Below are positions 26,085-40,799 of a DNA stretch of 64,000 bases, in pieces. The notes under the pieces were generated by a model that ran no database searches, had not been told where the DNA came from, and saw only the letters and a program-made list of their open reading frames with translations. Origin of the DNA: Balanoglossus misakiensis (lineage: Eukaryota; Animalia; Hemichordata). Each line of letters opens with the position of its first letter. Position 1 is the first letter of the stretch. The DNA lies in assembly GCA_040954595.2 (NCBI GenBank), contig CM082578.2:13422304-13486303 (forward strand), written 5' to 3'. The translations under genes and the position numbers were made by a program.

Positions 26085-29000
26085 ATGCCAGGGATCGAAA
26101 AATTACCGCTTGACGAAGCAGCCGAGGACTCGCCTCAGGTGTGTTACAATGTTTCTTTCACTCAAGTGCAGTTGATCGGTCCATAGGTGTGCCTATGGAT
26201 CGGTCAGTCTGTTGATGCCACCTCGAAACAATTCGAAATCAAATACCAATTTTGTCACGGATATAGTATATGACACGCCTATTTCGATTTCCTTCGTGTA
26301 AAGTTGCGATATGATGGTGTACACAGTTTGCCAACATAAATTTCTTCATTTCCTATAATGTTATTCTCCCAGTGCAAATATTATTTATTTAAATGTTAAT
26401 ATTAATATATTAATTTACTGCTTTCCGTACAATATCAGAGTGATGAAAGGGAACATTTTTCCTTTAGAAGTGTGTAAAAATAACCTAGAAAACAATTACA
26501 ATTTCGTGTGTCGATGTCAACAGTCGAATTGTTATAATGTCATGATGGTGATGACAAGTATCAACAATAACAACAACAACAACAAAGTTATTGTTTTAGT
26601 GAATAATAGTTGATGTTGACTTGATCATTCAATTTCAACATTTGGACCATTGTTCATAACTGATCCTGGTAAAGTCATGATAAGGGGTCATGCTTAATTA
26701 AAACACACAAGGTATTAAAATGGAGAGAGGTTAATATTCATTGCGATTATCATCACATTCGTATTTAATATAAGTAACATTTTCAAAAGTTTTGAACATT
26801 CACCCATTGTGTGCATTTCTATTTACAGAGTCGCACGTTGCTAGGACTCTTCTATCAGGATGCTATGGTGTTACAAGACTATATCACTTCATTAGCTAAC
26901 TCGGCCAAAACAATTCTGCACCTACAGGTAAGGCAATCTACCTGATTTACTGTGTTCATGACTTCAAGTAGTAGTTTTATAGTTTTATTGGTATTTTAAA
27001 AATGTTTTCAAGTGGAAAGATAACATCTATAAATGGGCAATAATTACACAATAGATATAGTAAAAGTTTTATTGGGAACTTATACTGTCATAAATACCAT
27101 ATACTGTGAAAAAATTTACCATTTAGAGAAAACCTGTATTTAATCATGTGATTTCCCTGATATTTTCACTCTCATAAAGTGTATTTACCTCAAATATGTC
27201 TGAACATAAATAGAAATATTTCATTCTACCTCACAGACTGAATTAAGTACAGCAACACAGAATTTTTCAAAAAAGCTGCTGGGTTTTGAACATCAGGTAT
27301 GTACTACAATGTTTGGATGAATGCACAGGGTGTGTATGAAATACATGTGAGAAAATAAAAAACAACTGAAAATAAGAGAGAAATAGTTGCTGCACATCAA
27401 CATTTTTGCCAGCTGCAATAAAATATCACAAGAAAATGGCTTCTCTCGCTGAGAATATTATTATTGATGTAAAAACTACACTTCTTTGATTTCATTTGAT
27501 GTAGAAATTCCCACTAGGGGCTGATGATACAGTGCTTGCATCTACCATGAAACAGTTTGCTACAACCATGGATGAGGTGAGTACATGAACTGAGGAGGAA
27601 TAAAATGTGGTTTTCAATTACATTTTTTCAACTTCTTTTATTTAGTTGTAAACTTTTCAACAATTATTGAATTGTGATCATCTTTGTACTGATCATTTCA
27701 GATCAGTTCCTGGCAGGCTGTGCTGGCCACTCAGCTGACTGACAGCGTGGTCTTCCCTTTAAGGAAATTTTTGGAGACCGACCTGGCAGAGATCACCACA
27801 ATGAAACAAATGTTCGATCAGGCTGACCACGGTGAGTAGCATATTAACCCTGATCAGTCAGTAAGACATGTGTCCCACTTTGCTACATGTACAGTATGTT
27901 GTGTTACTGATTCAGTAATGATAACGTGAACATATGAATTACCTATGAAAGTTTGCGCTTTGATTCAGAGCACGACAATGCAATGGCCAAGTACAGTAAA
28001 CTATCCAAGAAAAGAGAAAATGAAACGAAAGCCAGAATAGAAGCCAATGAAGAACTCTACATCACCAGGAAGAAATATCATCAGGTATATTTGGCAGAAA
28101 AGCTTTGAAAACAATTTATGGCCCATCTCTTATGGACAAGTCGCTTATTTTCCATCTATGAGGGTACATAAATTTCATGAATTGGGGGTGAAAGAATAAA
28201 GTCTAAAACTCATATTCAGTAGATTGATGATAGTAATATTCTGGCAAAGTATCACTCTTTCCAATTTTTCCAGCACTGAATTGACTAGATTTAAAAGAAG
28301 ATGCTTGTATTCTGTGGCTGAAATCTTCAGAAGTAAATGCTGTTGTTGTGTTCTGCACTTCTCAAGTAACATTGGTATATGGTACATTTTTCCTTCATAG
28401 ATCGCACTGAATTACTACACAACATTGAACAATGTTCAATACAAGAGAAAGACAGCTATACTAGAACCGTTGTTGGGTTACTTGCACAGTCAAATGTCAT
28501 ATTATAAAATGGGTCAAGAAGGGTTGTCACAAAACTTGGAGGACTTTCTGACCAACATCAGTGTGAGTGTTCAAAGGTGGGTGCTTTATGCAGATCTGAA
28601 AACCTATTTATACAGAAAATGACAACTGCTGGAGAATTTGTTACATGGGCATTTAATATTGCATTAGACCATGGCAATACAGGTTTTAGGAGCAAACATT
28701 TTAGGGAGCACCATTCATATACATCCAGTCACTGCAGCCAGAATGTTTCAAGAATGTAAGAACCAATGCACGTCTCACCCTCTTGTCATTTGCAGTGTCC
28801 ATTCAGAGCTAGCAGTTGAACAACAGAAGGCAGCTCAAGCCATTGAACAGATTATAACCTCTGGTACATACTACTACACACCAGACCCAACCCCTGATAT
28901 GCAATTGAGACCTAGACCAGTGGATACAAACATGAAACAGAAAGCAGGCTATCTCTTTGCCAGATGGTTAGTATAATTACGATGTTTGTGCCAGAAGACA

Positions 29001-32000
29001 AGAAACATATCAGAAGGTACAGCAGATACATACATGTAGCAGTCCGTCTGCACACAAGTTGATTTGTATTGTTTCCTTTTTCAGCAAACAAGGTTTTAGT
29101 CATAGATGGGATAGAAGATATTTCTTCACCCAAGGTGGTAATTTAATGAGTCAGCCAAGAGAACAGGTAAGACATGTTAAATTAAGCTTAGGACATGATT
29201 CTGCTGGGAGCATCAATCCTTCACTACATTGTGTATGTCTTCTTTCCAAACCAAACATTCACAAGACTCTTTTGAAACATTTGTTATTTTAATTTTGTTT
29301 CATCTGTAGTTTGCAGGTACACTAGTCATGGATCTAGATAAATGTAATGTTCAAAGGATAGACATTGATGATCGGCGATACACCTTTCACGTGACATCAA
29401 ATGATAGAAAAGTGTAAGTAAATGATAAATGTGTATTGCATGTACCTCTATTAGTGTATCATTGTCAATGCCTTATCTCTGTAATGTGTAAGCTTATTAG
29501 TGCAAAGTTACTTCTGTTTCACTCATGTTCATGTAATCCATCTGTCCTCAGCCATTACTCAGACTTGCTTAAATTTTCTCTGCATTTTCCTGACCAGGTC
29601 TGCAGTATTACAAGCAGAGAGTGGACCTGACAGAGAAGAATGGATAGCCGCAATACAGAATATATCAAGAGAAATGTACAGAGATGATATTCCTGCAGTG
29701 AGTATCACAGTTGAAGTCTTTGGTCTTGCTTTGCGAGATCTCAGTTACATGACTTTGAAATTACTGTCTCTCCCTAAACTTGAAATATGTTAATATTGTT
29801 TAATGTATAATGACAAAACAGCAAAGGAAATGGTGATCACTACTTGATGTTGACTATTAAATTGAAGATGCCTTTCTTTGTTACATTCACTCTGAATGAC
29901 TCATCTGTTGTAAGCCAGTTCACTAACATGCTGAGATTATCTTTTTTTTAAAGGAATTCTTGCCAGAAACTTCAGAGTCATCGTCATCACTGACATCAAG
30001 TGCCAGTTCAACAGGAGTACAGCTGAGTCCAACTCCAAAGTTGGCTGATCCAACAGTGCTGGCAGCAACTCGACAAGAAACTCTATCAACAAGGTGAAAC
30101 ATTTGCCTGTGGGTTCTTTAAGTTCAATTTTCAATGCAGTGATTTTATGAGCACCATTTAGAACAGACATAAGCACCACTCTGTCATCTAGAAGGAAGAA
30201 TCAATTGTCATCTGAAATTGTTTTATAATGTATGTATTCCACTATGAGTGACTCTCTCATGAAAATCACAGGTGGTCTAATATATTACAATTACCTTTGA
30301 CTTGCAGGGAGAAGGGAAAATCCAGACTACGATCCCGTTCTCGAAGCGACAGTTCAGATTCCAATCCTTCCCCTGGGCCACCTCCCCCAACTCCACTAGA
30401 CACAGTTCTGCCACCGATACCAATTCAGTTTGATTTGTTGTCTCCAGGAGATGACCAACCGGTGTACAGATTGCAACCGAAAGAAGGTCCTCCTAAACGA
30501 ATCAATCCATTTAATGACTCCGTTACTGACATTATTTCAGAAAATGGTAGATATCCACTCTCTGTTGGCACATTTGTGAAAATGCAACACAAGTGTGAAT
30601 ATCTAAATATTTAGTGCAAATTTCTCTCTCTCTCTTTCTTGTTAAATACCCTGCACGATAACTTTCAAAGTTTAATAAAAAATGATAGCTCTTTAAATTA
30701 TGCTTGCTATATTACTGGAAATACTGTAAAATTCTTAGTTCTTAGTTAGAATTCCACTTTCAAATCAACAGCTGCAAGTGCAACCTGACTTTGACATCAT
30801 CTATCCTAAATAATTTCTAATAGGAATTCTCTAGTAGCATGTGGTGCTTTGAAGGGTTTGAAAGGTGGAATTACACAAGAAGAAGTAAAGATACAAGAAG
30901 AGTAAAGATACAAATTTCTATGAAATTTGATTCCAACACTGGTTTGATGCCAGCTAATTTCTGTTGTTGCTTTCTTTTACAGTCAGCAGCCCTAGTACAT
31001 TTTCACAGATGTATGTTGTCCGTTTTCTTGGATGCATGGAAGTCAGTTCTGACAAAGGTACCAGCATGATCTCGGAGACGATCCGTCAGATCATGGCTGC
31101 AAGGGCGATTCACAACGTCTTCAAGATGCCAGAATGTCATATGTTGGTAACCACAGAGTCAATTTTGTAAGTATCTGTACTTACCAGATGGATAGTTTAG
31201 GGAACTCATTACTCTGTGTGTATGTGTATGTACAGTGTACATGTATCTTCTATTCACATCTTTTACAGATTGCTGGAGCCATCAAACCAGACTATAAGGT
31301 CAAAAATTGAACTGAAAGATTTGTCATTCTTTGCTGCACATCATGAAAACAATAGGTAAGTTATGAGAAAAAGATGTTACTGATGCAATGCTGTGTCTGT
31401 AGTTAAACAGGACAATGAATCTTACAACCCTTTCACCACCATGGTTCAGTCCAAACCCATTGTTTTCTATGGTAAGGTTGGACCTCTAAAAAGTGAACTG
31501 GGGGTGAAAGTGATCAATTTGCACATCATAAACAGAGTGCATCAAACAGGGTTTGTCTTCCTCTGGTTTCTGAGACATTCACATTTTGTCCATGATTTCT
31601 CCTACAGGCTGTTTGCATTCGTTGTTCGAAGCAGAGGTTACACAAAATCCATGACAACATTTGCTTGCCATGTGTTTGAATCTGATGCTTCAGGTGAAGA
31701 GATTTGCAGAGCAATAAGTACAGCCACACAGATTGCCTTCCAGACTATGCTGAACATGAAGACATCAGATCGACGTTCTGTAAGTTTTTCCACTTGACAT
31801 GTTGTTTGAAACAGTAAACTGTTTTAGCCGTGAAATCATACTGCAACATTTGTGATAACATTTTGATTTTTTGAGACATTTAAATTTTCAAAAATACACC
31901 TGCATAGTTCCAGTGTCATATTTTTATTTCGTTTTCACCGAGATAGGCATCACCCAGTGACGAGGTTGGCCCATCACAGGATTCCGGCCATTCCGCAGCA

Positions 32001-32177
32001 GGTGCTAGCAGTCTAGAGACTTATGACTTGGAAGGTGGTATACCAGCCTTACCCATGGATCCAAACACACTCGGCATTGGTGCTATCACATTGGAGCCAG
32101 CAGTCAAACCCAAGTCACCAAGTGGCCAATCAGATAGGGCAGACACATACAGTCAGTCATCGTCAACTAGTTGTTGA
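26085..32177 (+). CDS. APPL1: DCC-interacting protein 13 / APPL adaptor (BAR-PH-PTB), multi-exon
   Basis: Starts MPGIEKLPLDEAAEDSPQ. BAR exons include KFPLGADD and LNNVQYKRKTAILEPLLGY. PH: QKAGYLFAR..WDRRYFFTQGGNLMSQPR..LQAES..EEWI. PIQFD motif. PTB: VVRFLGCME..ETIRQIMAARAIHNVFKMPE. Confidence 0.95.
31426..31516. mobile_element. Short piggyBac-like MITE, copy 1, in an APPL1 intron (ends degenerate)
   Basis: aaccctttcaccacc...ttttctatggtaaggttggacctctaaa..gaactgggggtgaaagtgatca. The core is shared with 50174-50245. Confidence 0.65.
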
Positions 32178-34044
32178 TGAAAGGGACACATTGAGCAAAA
32201 AGGGCAGTCTTATTTCATATATATGTAACAAAAAGATGCAAGAGACATGTGGAATGTAATGAAAGTGTTTTTAGGTGGGAAACTTTCAAGGTATTCGATT
32301 GATGGCATGTAACCTTTGTACAATATGAGTGACATTGTAATACCGGTAAATCAATAAATTCTAAACTCTGGAGTCGTAATCTGATTAAACAGATATATAG
32401 TGTAATTGTAATTACCAGTTCCATTTTTAAAACTGGTATTTTTTCTTTTAAATTTGTCTACTTTGTTGCATGAGGCTTTCTTAAAAGATTGTCTTTGCAT
32501 TAAGTGTATAGTAAGTTTGAGTGTTTCCATCACACAAGGCATTTCACAGTTCATGTAAGTTGGAGTTATTGCTCTGCGATACTTATTATTTGAAATTATT
32601 TGTGTGCAAATCCATTAATATCACAATTAACTCATGTTGCAACAAAGTCTTAGCCAAAACAGTGCCATTGTACTTTCTTTCAAAATACTCCTGCCAAACC
32701 AAGCTGAACTGAATGGAGATATTTGTGTGCTGCTAGAAGTACATTGTACAGCCATCTCTGTAATTTAGCAAAGATGTCCAAAGTTTTCACAAGATGAAAA
32801 CTTTTCAATATTGTTTGAAACATTTTATCCTGATGAACGAGAAATTAATACTGTGTAACATTAAGTGTTCACTCTGAATGAATCAAAAACACTCAAAGTG
32901 TCAAAATTTGCTGATCAATCAACTCACTGCTTGATTTCAATGTATTTTTGTCAACAAGACCTCTGTAAATATGTACAGAATTTAATATAACAAATTAACA
33001 AACTGTCTTCCCAGACAGTACTATCTTTCGTGACCTTTTCTTTACACAAACACTCTGTAACTTGTAACATGATAGATGCAAGTTTTTTTATTGTTACTAA
33101 ACACTAAGTATTGTGTCTGTTTGATTATTTAAGAGAAAGATGATAATTTAATCCTCTATAAACACTGGATAGATGAGATGAATTCATTGTTACGGCCAGT
33201 ATAATTATATAGATATATTTTGGGGTGAAGGGTCATGCTCACTTTGAAGACCCTAGAAATGTGTAGTAATCTTGGATTTGCTTTTGTTCTCCAGGACCCT
33301 TTAAGCTAAAAAGTATTATTTTTTATTTGTGTGCCTGAATTGTGTTAGCAGTCCACGGTGATTTCCAAGTCTTTACAAAAACTGCACCAAACCCACCTAC
33401 CAGTACTTTGCTAAAATTGTGATTTACGAGAATCTGCATCTTTAATCAAAGTACCAAGAAAACGTTTCTTCTATTTAAAAAAATGCAAACAGAGGCATTG
33501 GAGTTAAGTATTTGTGCTTTCCCTTTGATATTATATGGACAGTGTAGTCCAAAATAAAGTTTATAATAACAGTTAAGATATGAAGACAAATTATCAGCAA
33601 TTTTGAAACTATGTGCTTGGTAGATGTTCTTCTGAATTGCCAAATCTACCACGGAACAATCATGTAATTAATCACATCACATGTCGGGGTTGCTAAAGGT
33701 GCTTGACTTTGTTGTTGGTGGTGATAATGTAACAAACACACGACATTCAAAACATATTTGAAAATGCACTTTTTTAAACATAGAAGTCTTATATTGTGTA
33801 AATAGGTCCTCTGCATGTGTGTAAATAGGACCTCTTGTGTCTTCACTGTGTAGCATGTATCAGTCATAAAATAAATATTTTACATTTCACCGAGTCATTT
33901 GTTATGTGGTTAATATTTTTTAATAGCATCAAGGACACAGTGTTCTCATTTAGCAGGGTCCATGTTTCCATTCAAAAGCATCAGCATGAAGCCACATACA
34001 CAACATTTAGTGGTAGAACTTCATTACTACAGACTTTTCCTGTG

Positions 34045-36621
34045 TCAGCTAGAGACAGCCTCGATGATTGTGTTTGCTAGATCAAGCAAAGCTTGGGCTG
34101 CAGCAGAGTCTGGATACTGAGTAAAGATGTTCTTTCCTTCTTCACAAGATTCTGTTAATCTCTGTACATGTGGAGAAATCACACATCAAAAGTTACTTAT
34201 ACTATAATGTACAAAAGAATCAAAGTAAGACTTTTGTGGCCCCCTATGCATTATAGTATCATGAAATAATGAACTAATATATAGCCTTACTTGATCAATG
34301 GGTACCCTGCCCAGAAATTGGAGTCCATATTCTGATGCCAGACTTTCAGCTCCACCATGGGAGAACAGATCTGTTTGTTCCTGAAAAAAAAACAATAAAG
34401 CAATCTTAGAAACATTCATAGATGTCATTATGCATGTGTGGTTACTCTGGTGTATAAATCTGACAAAATGTATTGCCATAGATTGTGTCTCATAGTTCAG
34501 TTGCTATGCAAACGGAAAATATCCTCTGATTTATCAAGAGTGAAAAATATTTAAATAGATATACAACAATCATCAGTGTGTGGTAGATGATGATAATTGG
34601 TTGTTAAACAGGTGGTTATCAACATTACATGTAATGAGAACTTTACAAACCTCACAGCAAGGGCACACAAAACCTGACATGTTCTCCAGGACACCAAGAA
34701 TTCTTATTCCCATTTTCCTACAAAATGTGATTTCTTTCCTGATTGTTCCGAGAGACAAGGCCTGTGGTGTGCTCACAATGACAGCTCCATCAGGTCGACT
34801 ATTCTTTAATACATTAATAACCGTCAGATGTTCATCACTAGTGCCTGGGGGTGTGTCTGCAAGTAGAACATTGGTGGAGTCTTCATATGATTGTTTTCAC
34901 TGCAAGTGCATATAGTACAAGCTGACTCTTATCAGTCACTAGAGAGGGTACTTGTTTTTGGCCCACATGTATGTAATCTGTTGTTCTCTCTGCAAATGGT
35001 TGTATCTGTCTGTAGGGCCCTAATTTCTTTGCCTTCATGGAAATTGAGTAGTTAATATTGACATCAGAAATGTAACAAAAGTTGAACTGAACATGTCAGA
35101 AGCGAAATCAGTGAGAGCAGTGTGCCTTACCAAAAAGGAGAAAATCCAATTTTCCCCACAGAGTGTCTTTGAGAAATCTCTTGATGATCTGTGTCTTCCT
35201 TGGTCCCCTCCACACGACGGCATTGTCTGAATGTTGCAGTAAGCTTCCTATGGACATCACCTTTATTGAATCATGCGGTGAACTGAGGGTTCAAATGATG
35301 ATGTACACAGAATTAAAATAAGGGATAGTTCAATCAACCATGGGGGGGGGGGGTGTTCCACCACAATAAATTTAAACTACAAATATGTAAAAATGACATT
35401 TGTGAGACATCATGCACAGATACAAACATGACTTACATTAAGGGTTTCCAGCCCCACTGAGAGTTGACGACTTGCATTCCCTCCACATTCATAAGTTTGG
35501 GAGAACTAGGCCCACAGATGTCAAGATCTACCAAACCAACCTGTAAATATAGGAAAACAATTATTGGTATGACGGTCATTAACAACTTTCGTGCTTATTA
35601 TATAAGTTCAATGAGCACATACTGACTGGGCATTGCAACAGTGACTCACCTTCTTGGACAATTTTGCTAGGGCCATTGTTAACGTTGCAGCTATACTTGA
35701 TTTTCCAACGCCTACAAAGATATATTGAAGCGATTATATTGATTAATAAAACAAACTTCTGTCATGAAATATTGATTAAAATGATAATGCAAACTATCTG
35801 TGGACATAAATTGAACTGTAAAAAAATACTCTTTTTTATCAAAATTTGTGCTTTTCAACTTACCTCCTTTACCTGAGAGAATTAAAATTTTGTGTTTGAT
35901 GACTTTCATACGGACATCAATAGTTTCTTGATCAGGATCCTTATTGCCTGAAAATTCAAACATCATAATCACACTGCCACCACTAGTTGTCAAACTTATA
36001 ATACTTTTGTTTTCGCAAAACTGACAAACTAACAATGCCTAAAAGATTTTACAGGTCATACAATGCATCATAGTAGTAGAAAAGTGTTTTGTTGACAAAA
36101 TCATCAAGTCAGTATAAACTCCAAGCTAGCCTAGCCAAGAATGATTCTATAATTTTGTCATGTGTCACATATCTGAACTCTTACCAAACTGCATGCAGAC
36201 TTCTTTGCCTGGACATCCTTCACACACTGCAGCCCTACCAACCATTCCCTGGATGAAAAATACACCACAGCTAATATTGTCATTCATTAGGAAGAAGTTA
36301 AGTGTAAATATTTCCCAATGCCAATCTGTTTTTTATTTTTTATTTGGGGCCACAACATTTGAAAACCGCGTGGTCGCAACCCCTTCTGCCCCCCCCCCCC
36401 AAAAAAAAAACTAGTCTTGGGATCTAGTCGTCTGCTTTGCTTCCAATGAAGGTCCACCTGTGTCTACAAGATATCATGTGAACTAACTGGCGTCCCAACT
36501 ATCCAAACCAACAGGCAAAACCTTGAGCTGGTGCAGCTAATCTCGCCCTATGAAGTTTACTCACACTTTCAGAAGGACAACCTACGGCCTCAGCTTTGTC
36601 AGACCCGTCTTTTGATTCCAT
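34045..36621 (-). CDS. NUBP1: Cytosolic Fe-S cluster assembly factor NUBP1/Nbp35-like P-loop NTPase, about 9 exons
   Basis: N-terminal four-Cys motif [23 protein letters not shown]. Also [37 protein letters not shown] and [11 protein letters not shown]. Strict orthology to NUBP1 versus a paralog is uncertain. Confidence 0.85.
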
Positions 36622-37509
36622 AGCTCTTTAATAGTATTACATTTTCGGGAGCTAGAAGGGGTCAAGTTAGGGCGAGAACCTGGCGCCCTCTAGAGTTGAC
36701 CTTTTCCAACACCTTTGTTTTACTAACTGAAAGTCCATTAGTCTCGGTTACGCGAGTAATCCAGACCCCTCTGCTTCTTCTCTTGGTAACCAAGACTGAA
36801 AGTCCATATGAATTATCTGTGCGGGGTTTATGAGAAATAAAGCAAAAAGGCACAACAACTTGTAATGTTATTTTATTTACAGTTTTATCATGGAATGTCA
36901 AGGCAAATGCAGACTAGACTGACTTCATTCAATTCAATTGTTCAGTTAAATTCTTTAAAACTATTTGAAAGTGAATAAAAGCATTGTACAGAGTATAATA
37001 CAAAGCATGGTTTTCTGTTTTTCATAGTGTTTGTCACATGGTCAGGTTCTTTGCGGTAGTGATGCTCCTAATTCTGGTGATGCAATTTGAACAAAATTCC
37101 CATAATGGTTAGCAAATTGGAGTTTACAACAGACATTGACAGTCAATACAACAAATTATTCAAAATGTTCAAATCTTGCACTTAAAGAGAATCTCAGCTC
37201 TCATTCAGAATAACAATTAAAACACTGACCAGTGGATTCCATTTACATACATCATCATTCATGTACATGTACTGCTATACAATTTACCTCTACGAGAAGA
37301 ACCACCACTATGTGTATATGCATAAAAACATTTGCTCTAAAATCTACACAAAATTTGTGCTATGGGAAACATTAAAAGTAAGAATTGACTCACAGGAAAC
37401 AAAAGACAACATTTTGAACATAATGCTACTAGACTGACTGGAAGCTAGTCCACAATAATGTTTAGAGCCTCTCTATACCAAACTCTTCCATCAGACATGT
37501 CTGAGACCT

Positions 37510-40500
37510 TTATATATATGTATGTATATGGCTCAGTTCAATTTCCTTATCAACTGGAATCGGATATTGCAGGTGGATAGACGGTTCCATGTTGTTACTC
37601 TCAGCAGCATCTTGTCTCTGTTTGAAATGAAGTGGATTGTCTCTGTACCAAGCAAGCAGTTTTCCCAGAGATTCCATACGTGGTCCATGTCGATAAAAAT
37701 ACCACTGTCCGTTTTGTCTTTTCCTGTACAGTCTGAAGTGTTTTATTTTTCCAGCATACCTAGAAAGGTAATCATTCACATCCTTGTAAGTCTTTTTGAC
37801 ATCAAGTGAATATGGAGAATCTCTACTGTACAGTGACCACACAATGCTCTGTTTGAAATGGCTCATCAATATCTTCCAAGTTACCAAAAATTCAATTTCA
37901 AGATTTCTGATTTGATCTGGTCTTGTTGTTTTGTTTATCTAAAAGTAGAGTTATTTTCAAGAAAGACAACAACAGACTTTGAAGAAATTAACTTACGTTA
38001 CACTAACAGCTTTATCTTTGTCTTTTGTCTTGCGCACCAAAAAGCAGCCATCGAGATGAATGTACTGTTCCATCACTTTTGCAATCTGAAGTTCAAACAG
38101 AATGAATTATTAGTGCCAATCTGATAATTTCGAAGAAACACTCCTTACTATTGTCCAAAGTAACAGATTCTTTTAACCAAACCTGGCATACTGATGTCAA
38201 ATTGAAACTAAAAACTGCTCTCAAAATATAATCCTGATGATTTAAAATACCTCTTCTTTAATGTCTGGAAGATGTGGATGCCATCCATAAATTGTTCCTT
38301 CATCTTCATTGTCCGTTTCTGCTTCATTTTCTATTCTTGGAGTTGTTGCTTGGATGGCAAAGGCTGTATCAGCCGACAGAAGATTCAGTGACTCTTCTTT
38401 AGTACTTCTCATCTTGATATTTTTCGTCTTTTCTGGATCCAGAGATGCCAAAAATTGATCTCGTTCCACAGGACTTTTCAAAAGAGACATGTAGGTTGCC
38501 TCACTCTCCTGCGTTCGGTTGCTTGTAGGCCTGTCACTTTCTCTCTCTTTGGGGGAGTTGGAAACATCATGATGTGTGACGAGACTATCACTCGCAACCA
38601 CCTGTGCATGTCTTTGCTGCGCCGGACTGCTGGGTAATGATGATGCCTCGTCATAAATGTCTTCACTTTCAGGATGTTCTGTTTTCTCACAAACAGGTTT
38701 CCTTGCCAACAGAGTCCGTCCTGGTGTGCCTTCCTCATCTATTCCAAATTGTGTTGCTGTTGATTCACAAGCCTCTTCATCTTTACAATACATTTTCTTT
38801 TTCTCTTTCTTACTGAGAAACAAGTGATAACCCTTGTGTCGAAGAGAAAAGAAAAAACAAACTGTCATTTTATGAAAATCCAACATTCCTGCTGGATTCC
38901 TGGAAATGGCCACTGTAGTTTAAAAATTTCCCTAACACATATGTATATTCTAATCAACTCTTGTGGTGTAAGCATTCTGCAAAAACCTGCTGAATATTAT
39001 TGTTGTCGCCAAATTAAATTCTTCAACTCACTCTCACCTCGACTTGTCCCACAGTCACTTTCCAATCAATTTTGACACCCGGATTTTTTTCAAACTCCAC
39101 ATCATCCAGCCGGAGACCATTAGAGACCAAAGTATCTTCTAATGCAGCTTGTAATGTTGTGTGTACAGGCACATTTGATATTGTAAGGTCCAATGGCATG
39201 ATTGGGTCCACCAAAATACATTCTAATCTGCAAACTCCTGATGGTAACCAAAAATAATACACCAGTAGTAGTATATTGCAAGCAGTGATTTATAGCTACA
39301 TGTACATTGTATTTGTCTATAATTTATCATATCTAAGGGGTGTTTTTTTTTTCATTTGTTCCTCATGGATCAACTAACCCTAATTTTTGGCTCTACACTG
39401 GGAAAAAGTGTCAATTGTTTCCATGAACCTGAATTTCCAAGTCAAAGCAAGTTAACAATGGAAATGAATTAAACTATTAGGAAATCAAAAACATGCTCCA
39501 ATGGGAATGTTTGTCCCAGCTGCATTGGAACCTACCGCTGTTCTCCTTTTCTGGTGTTTTTCCGGAAGAAATTGATCCCTGGCTTTCCGAGTGAACATTT
39601 GTAATCCTTTCTTCACCAGCTGATAGTTTTTTCTTTTGTAGGAAAACATGATACCCCTTAGAGTCAAGAAAAAAGTATATGAATTCACAGATTAGTCAGA
39701 AATTGTCTGGTTTGCACATGTGCTTGCTCATGCAATTGATAATGAACATGACTGAACTGTACTTTGATTTTGTTAATTTTAGTTGAACTGGACTGTTGGT
39801 GATAAAAGGACTGTTTCAGTGAATCACTTTGACTTGTCAGTTATTTCAGTCAAATTTTAGCACAGGTATTAATCTGGGCTCATCGTAACAAGGATATTTG
39901 TTGACTGAAGATGTGGCTATAGTGCCACCTTGGTATCTTGCAAATTCATTCATCCTTCCTTTCTAACAACTGAAAAAAAATATCCCATAATTCACCTTGA
40001 ATTTCCCAACTTTTTCATTCCAGTCAACAAAAATGTGAGGAATTTGTTGAAATTCCAGTTCATTTTTGTCCAATCTCATCTTCTGAAGACTTTCTTGCAA
40101 AGCTTCTTCCAGGGTCATTTCCTCGCTGATATCCAAACATGTCAGGTCTAAACATTGATCCTCTCCAGTACTGAGAGAACATGTCAATGTACAGCAGGCT
40201 ATAATCAAACAAAAATAAAATGTACAATTTTCAAATATAAGAGATCTTCAATCTGTAGCATTATTTGTCATGAAATTCAATGTTTACAGAATAAAATAAA
40301 CACAGAAAGCTGTTGAAAGAAAATGTGTACACTGAGCTGCACCAAAGGAAATATGAATATTCATTATAAATTTACATGGAAGTTTTTGAATACATTACTT
40401 GATATATGCATTTTACTTCCGCAATCAACCATACGACGAACTTGACTCAAACTTACTTGTTTTACGGAGAACCTCTAAGACGTCAAGTCTATCCATACTA

Positions 40501-40799
40501 ATAAGACAGTCTTCCACTGTCTTCACGGTACAGTATGTTCCCCGTCGATCCAATTCGTCAAGCAAAACACGCCCAGGTGTTCGTCCAACTTTTTCGCCTT
40601 CCTGTCGTATGCGTTCTATGTTGTCTCTGTCGAAGTTCAGTCGCTCGGCCAAGGCTTGCCAATCTTCCGCGGTGCATAAGTTCTGAGCCAAACGAGTTCC
40701 CATCTTATCTTTAACCGCTGTAGACACAGAACTGAATGGGTTCATCTGGATTTGACTCCACCTTCGTTGGTCACCACGTGTAATGGTATTCCCGGACAT
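37510..40799 (-). CDS. Adaptor A: death domain - RBD-like - RBD-like - acidic/Tyr linker - SH2, about 595 aa. Exons 40799-40457, 40198-39996, 39656-39536, 39237-39038, 38832-38251, 38085-37997, 37759-37510
   Basis: All six introns are GT-AG with consistent phase (1788 nt). Death domain EDWQALAERLNFDRDNIERI..LLDEL..TVKTVEDCLISMDRLDVL. Two repeats of TL..AL...L...GL/RL..DW...G..GYHxFL. SH2 GWH..DGCFLVR..KIKHFRL..SLGKLLAWY..LQYPIP. Confidence 0.85.

Noticed and set aside
40425-40799. Stand-alone death-domain-only protein, as in the ORF track (also 43614-44051)
   Set aside because: Strong GTAAGT/GTGAGT donors lie before the stops and splice in phase to downstream exons. Intron-retained short forms remain possible but are unsupported.
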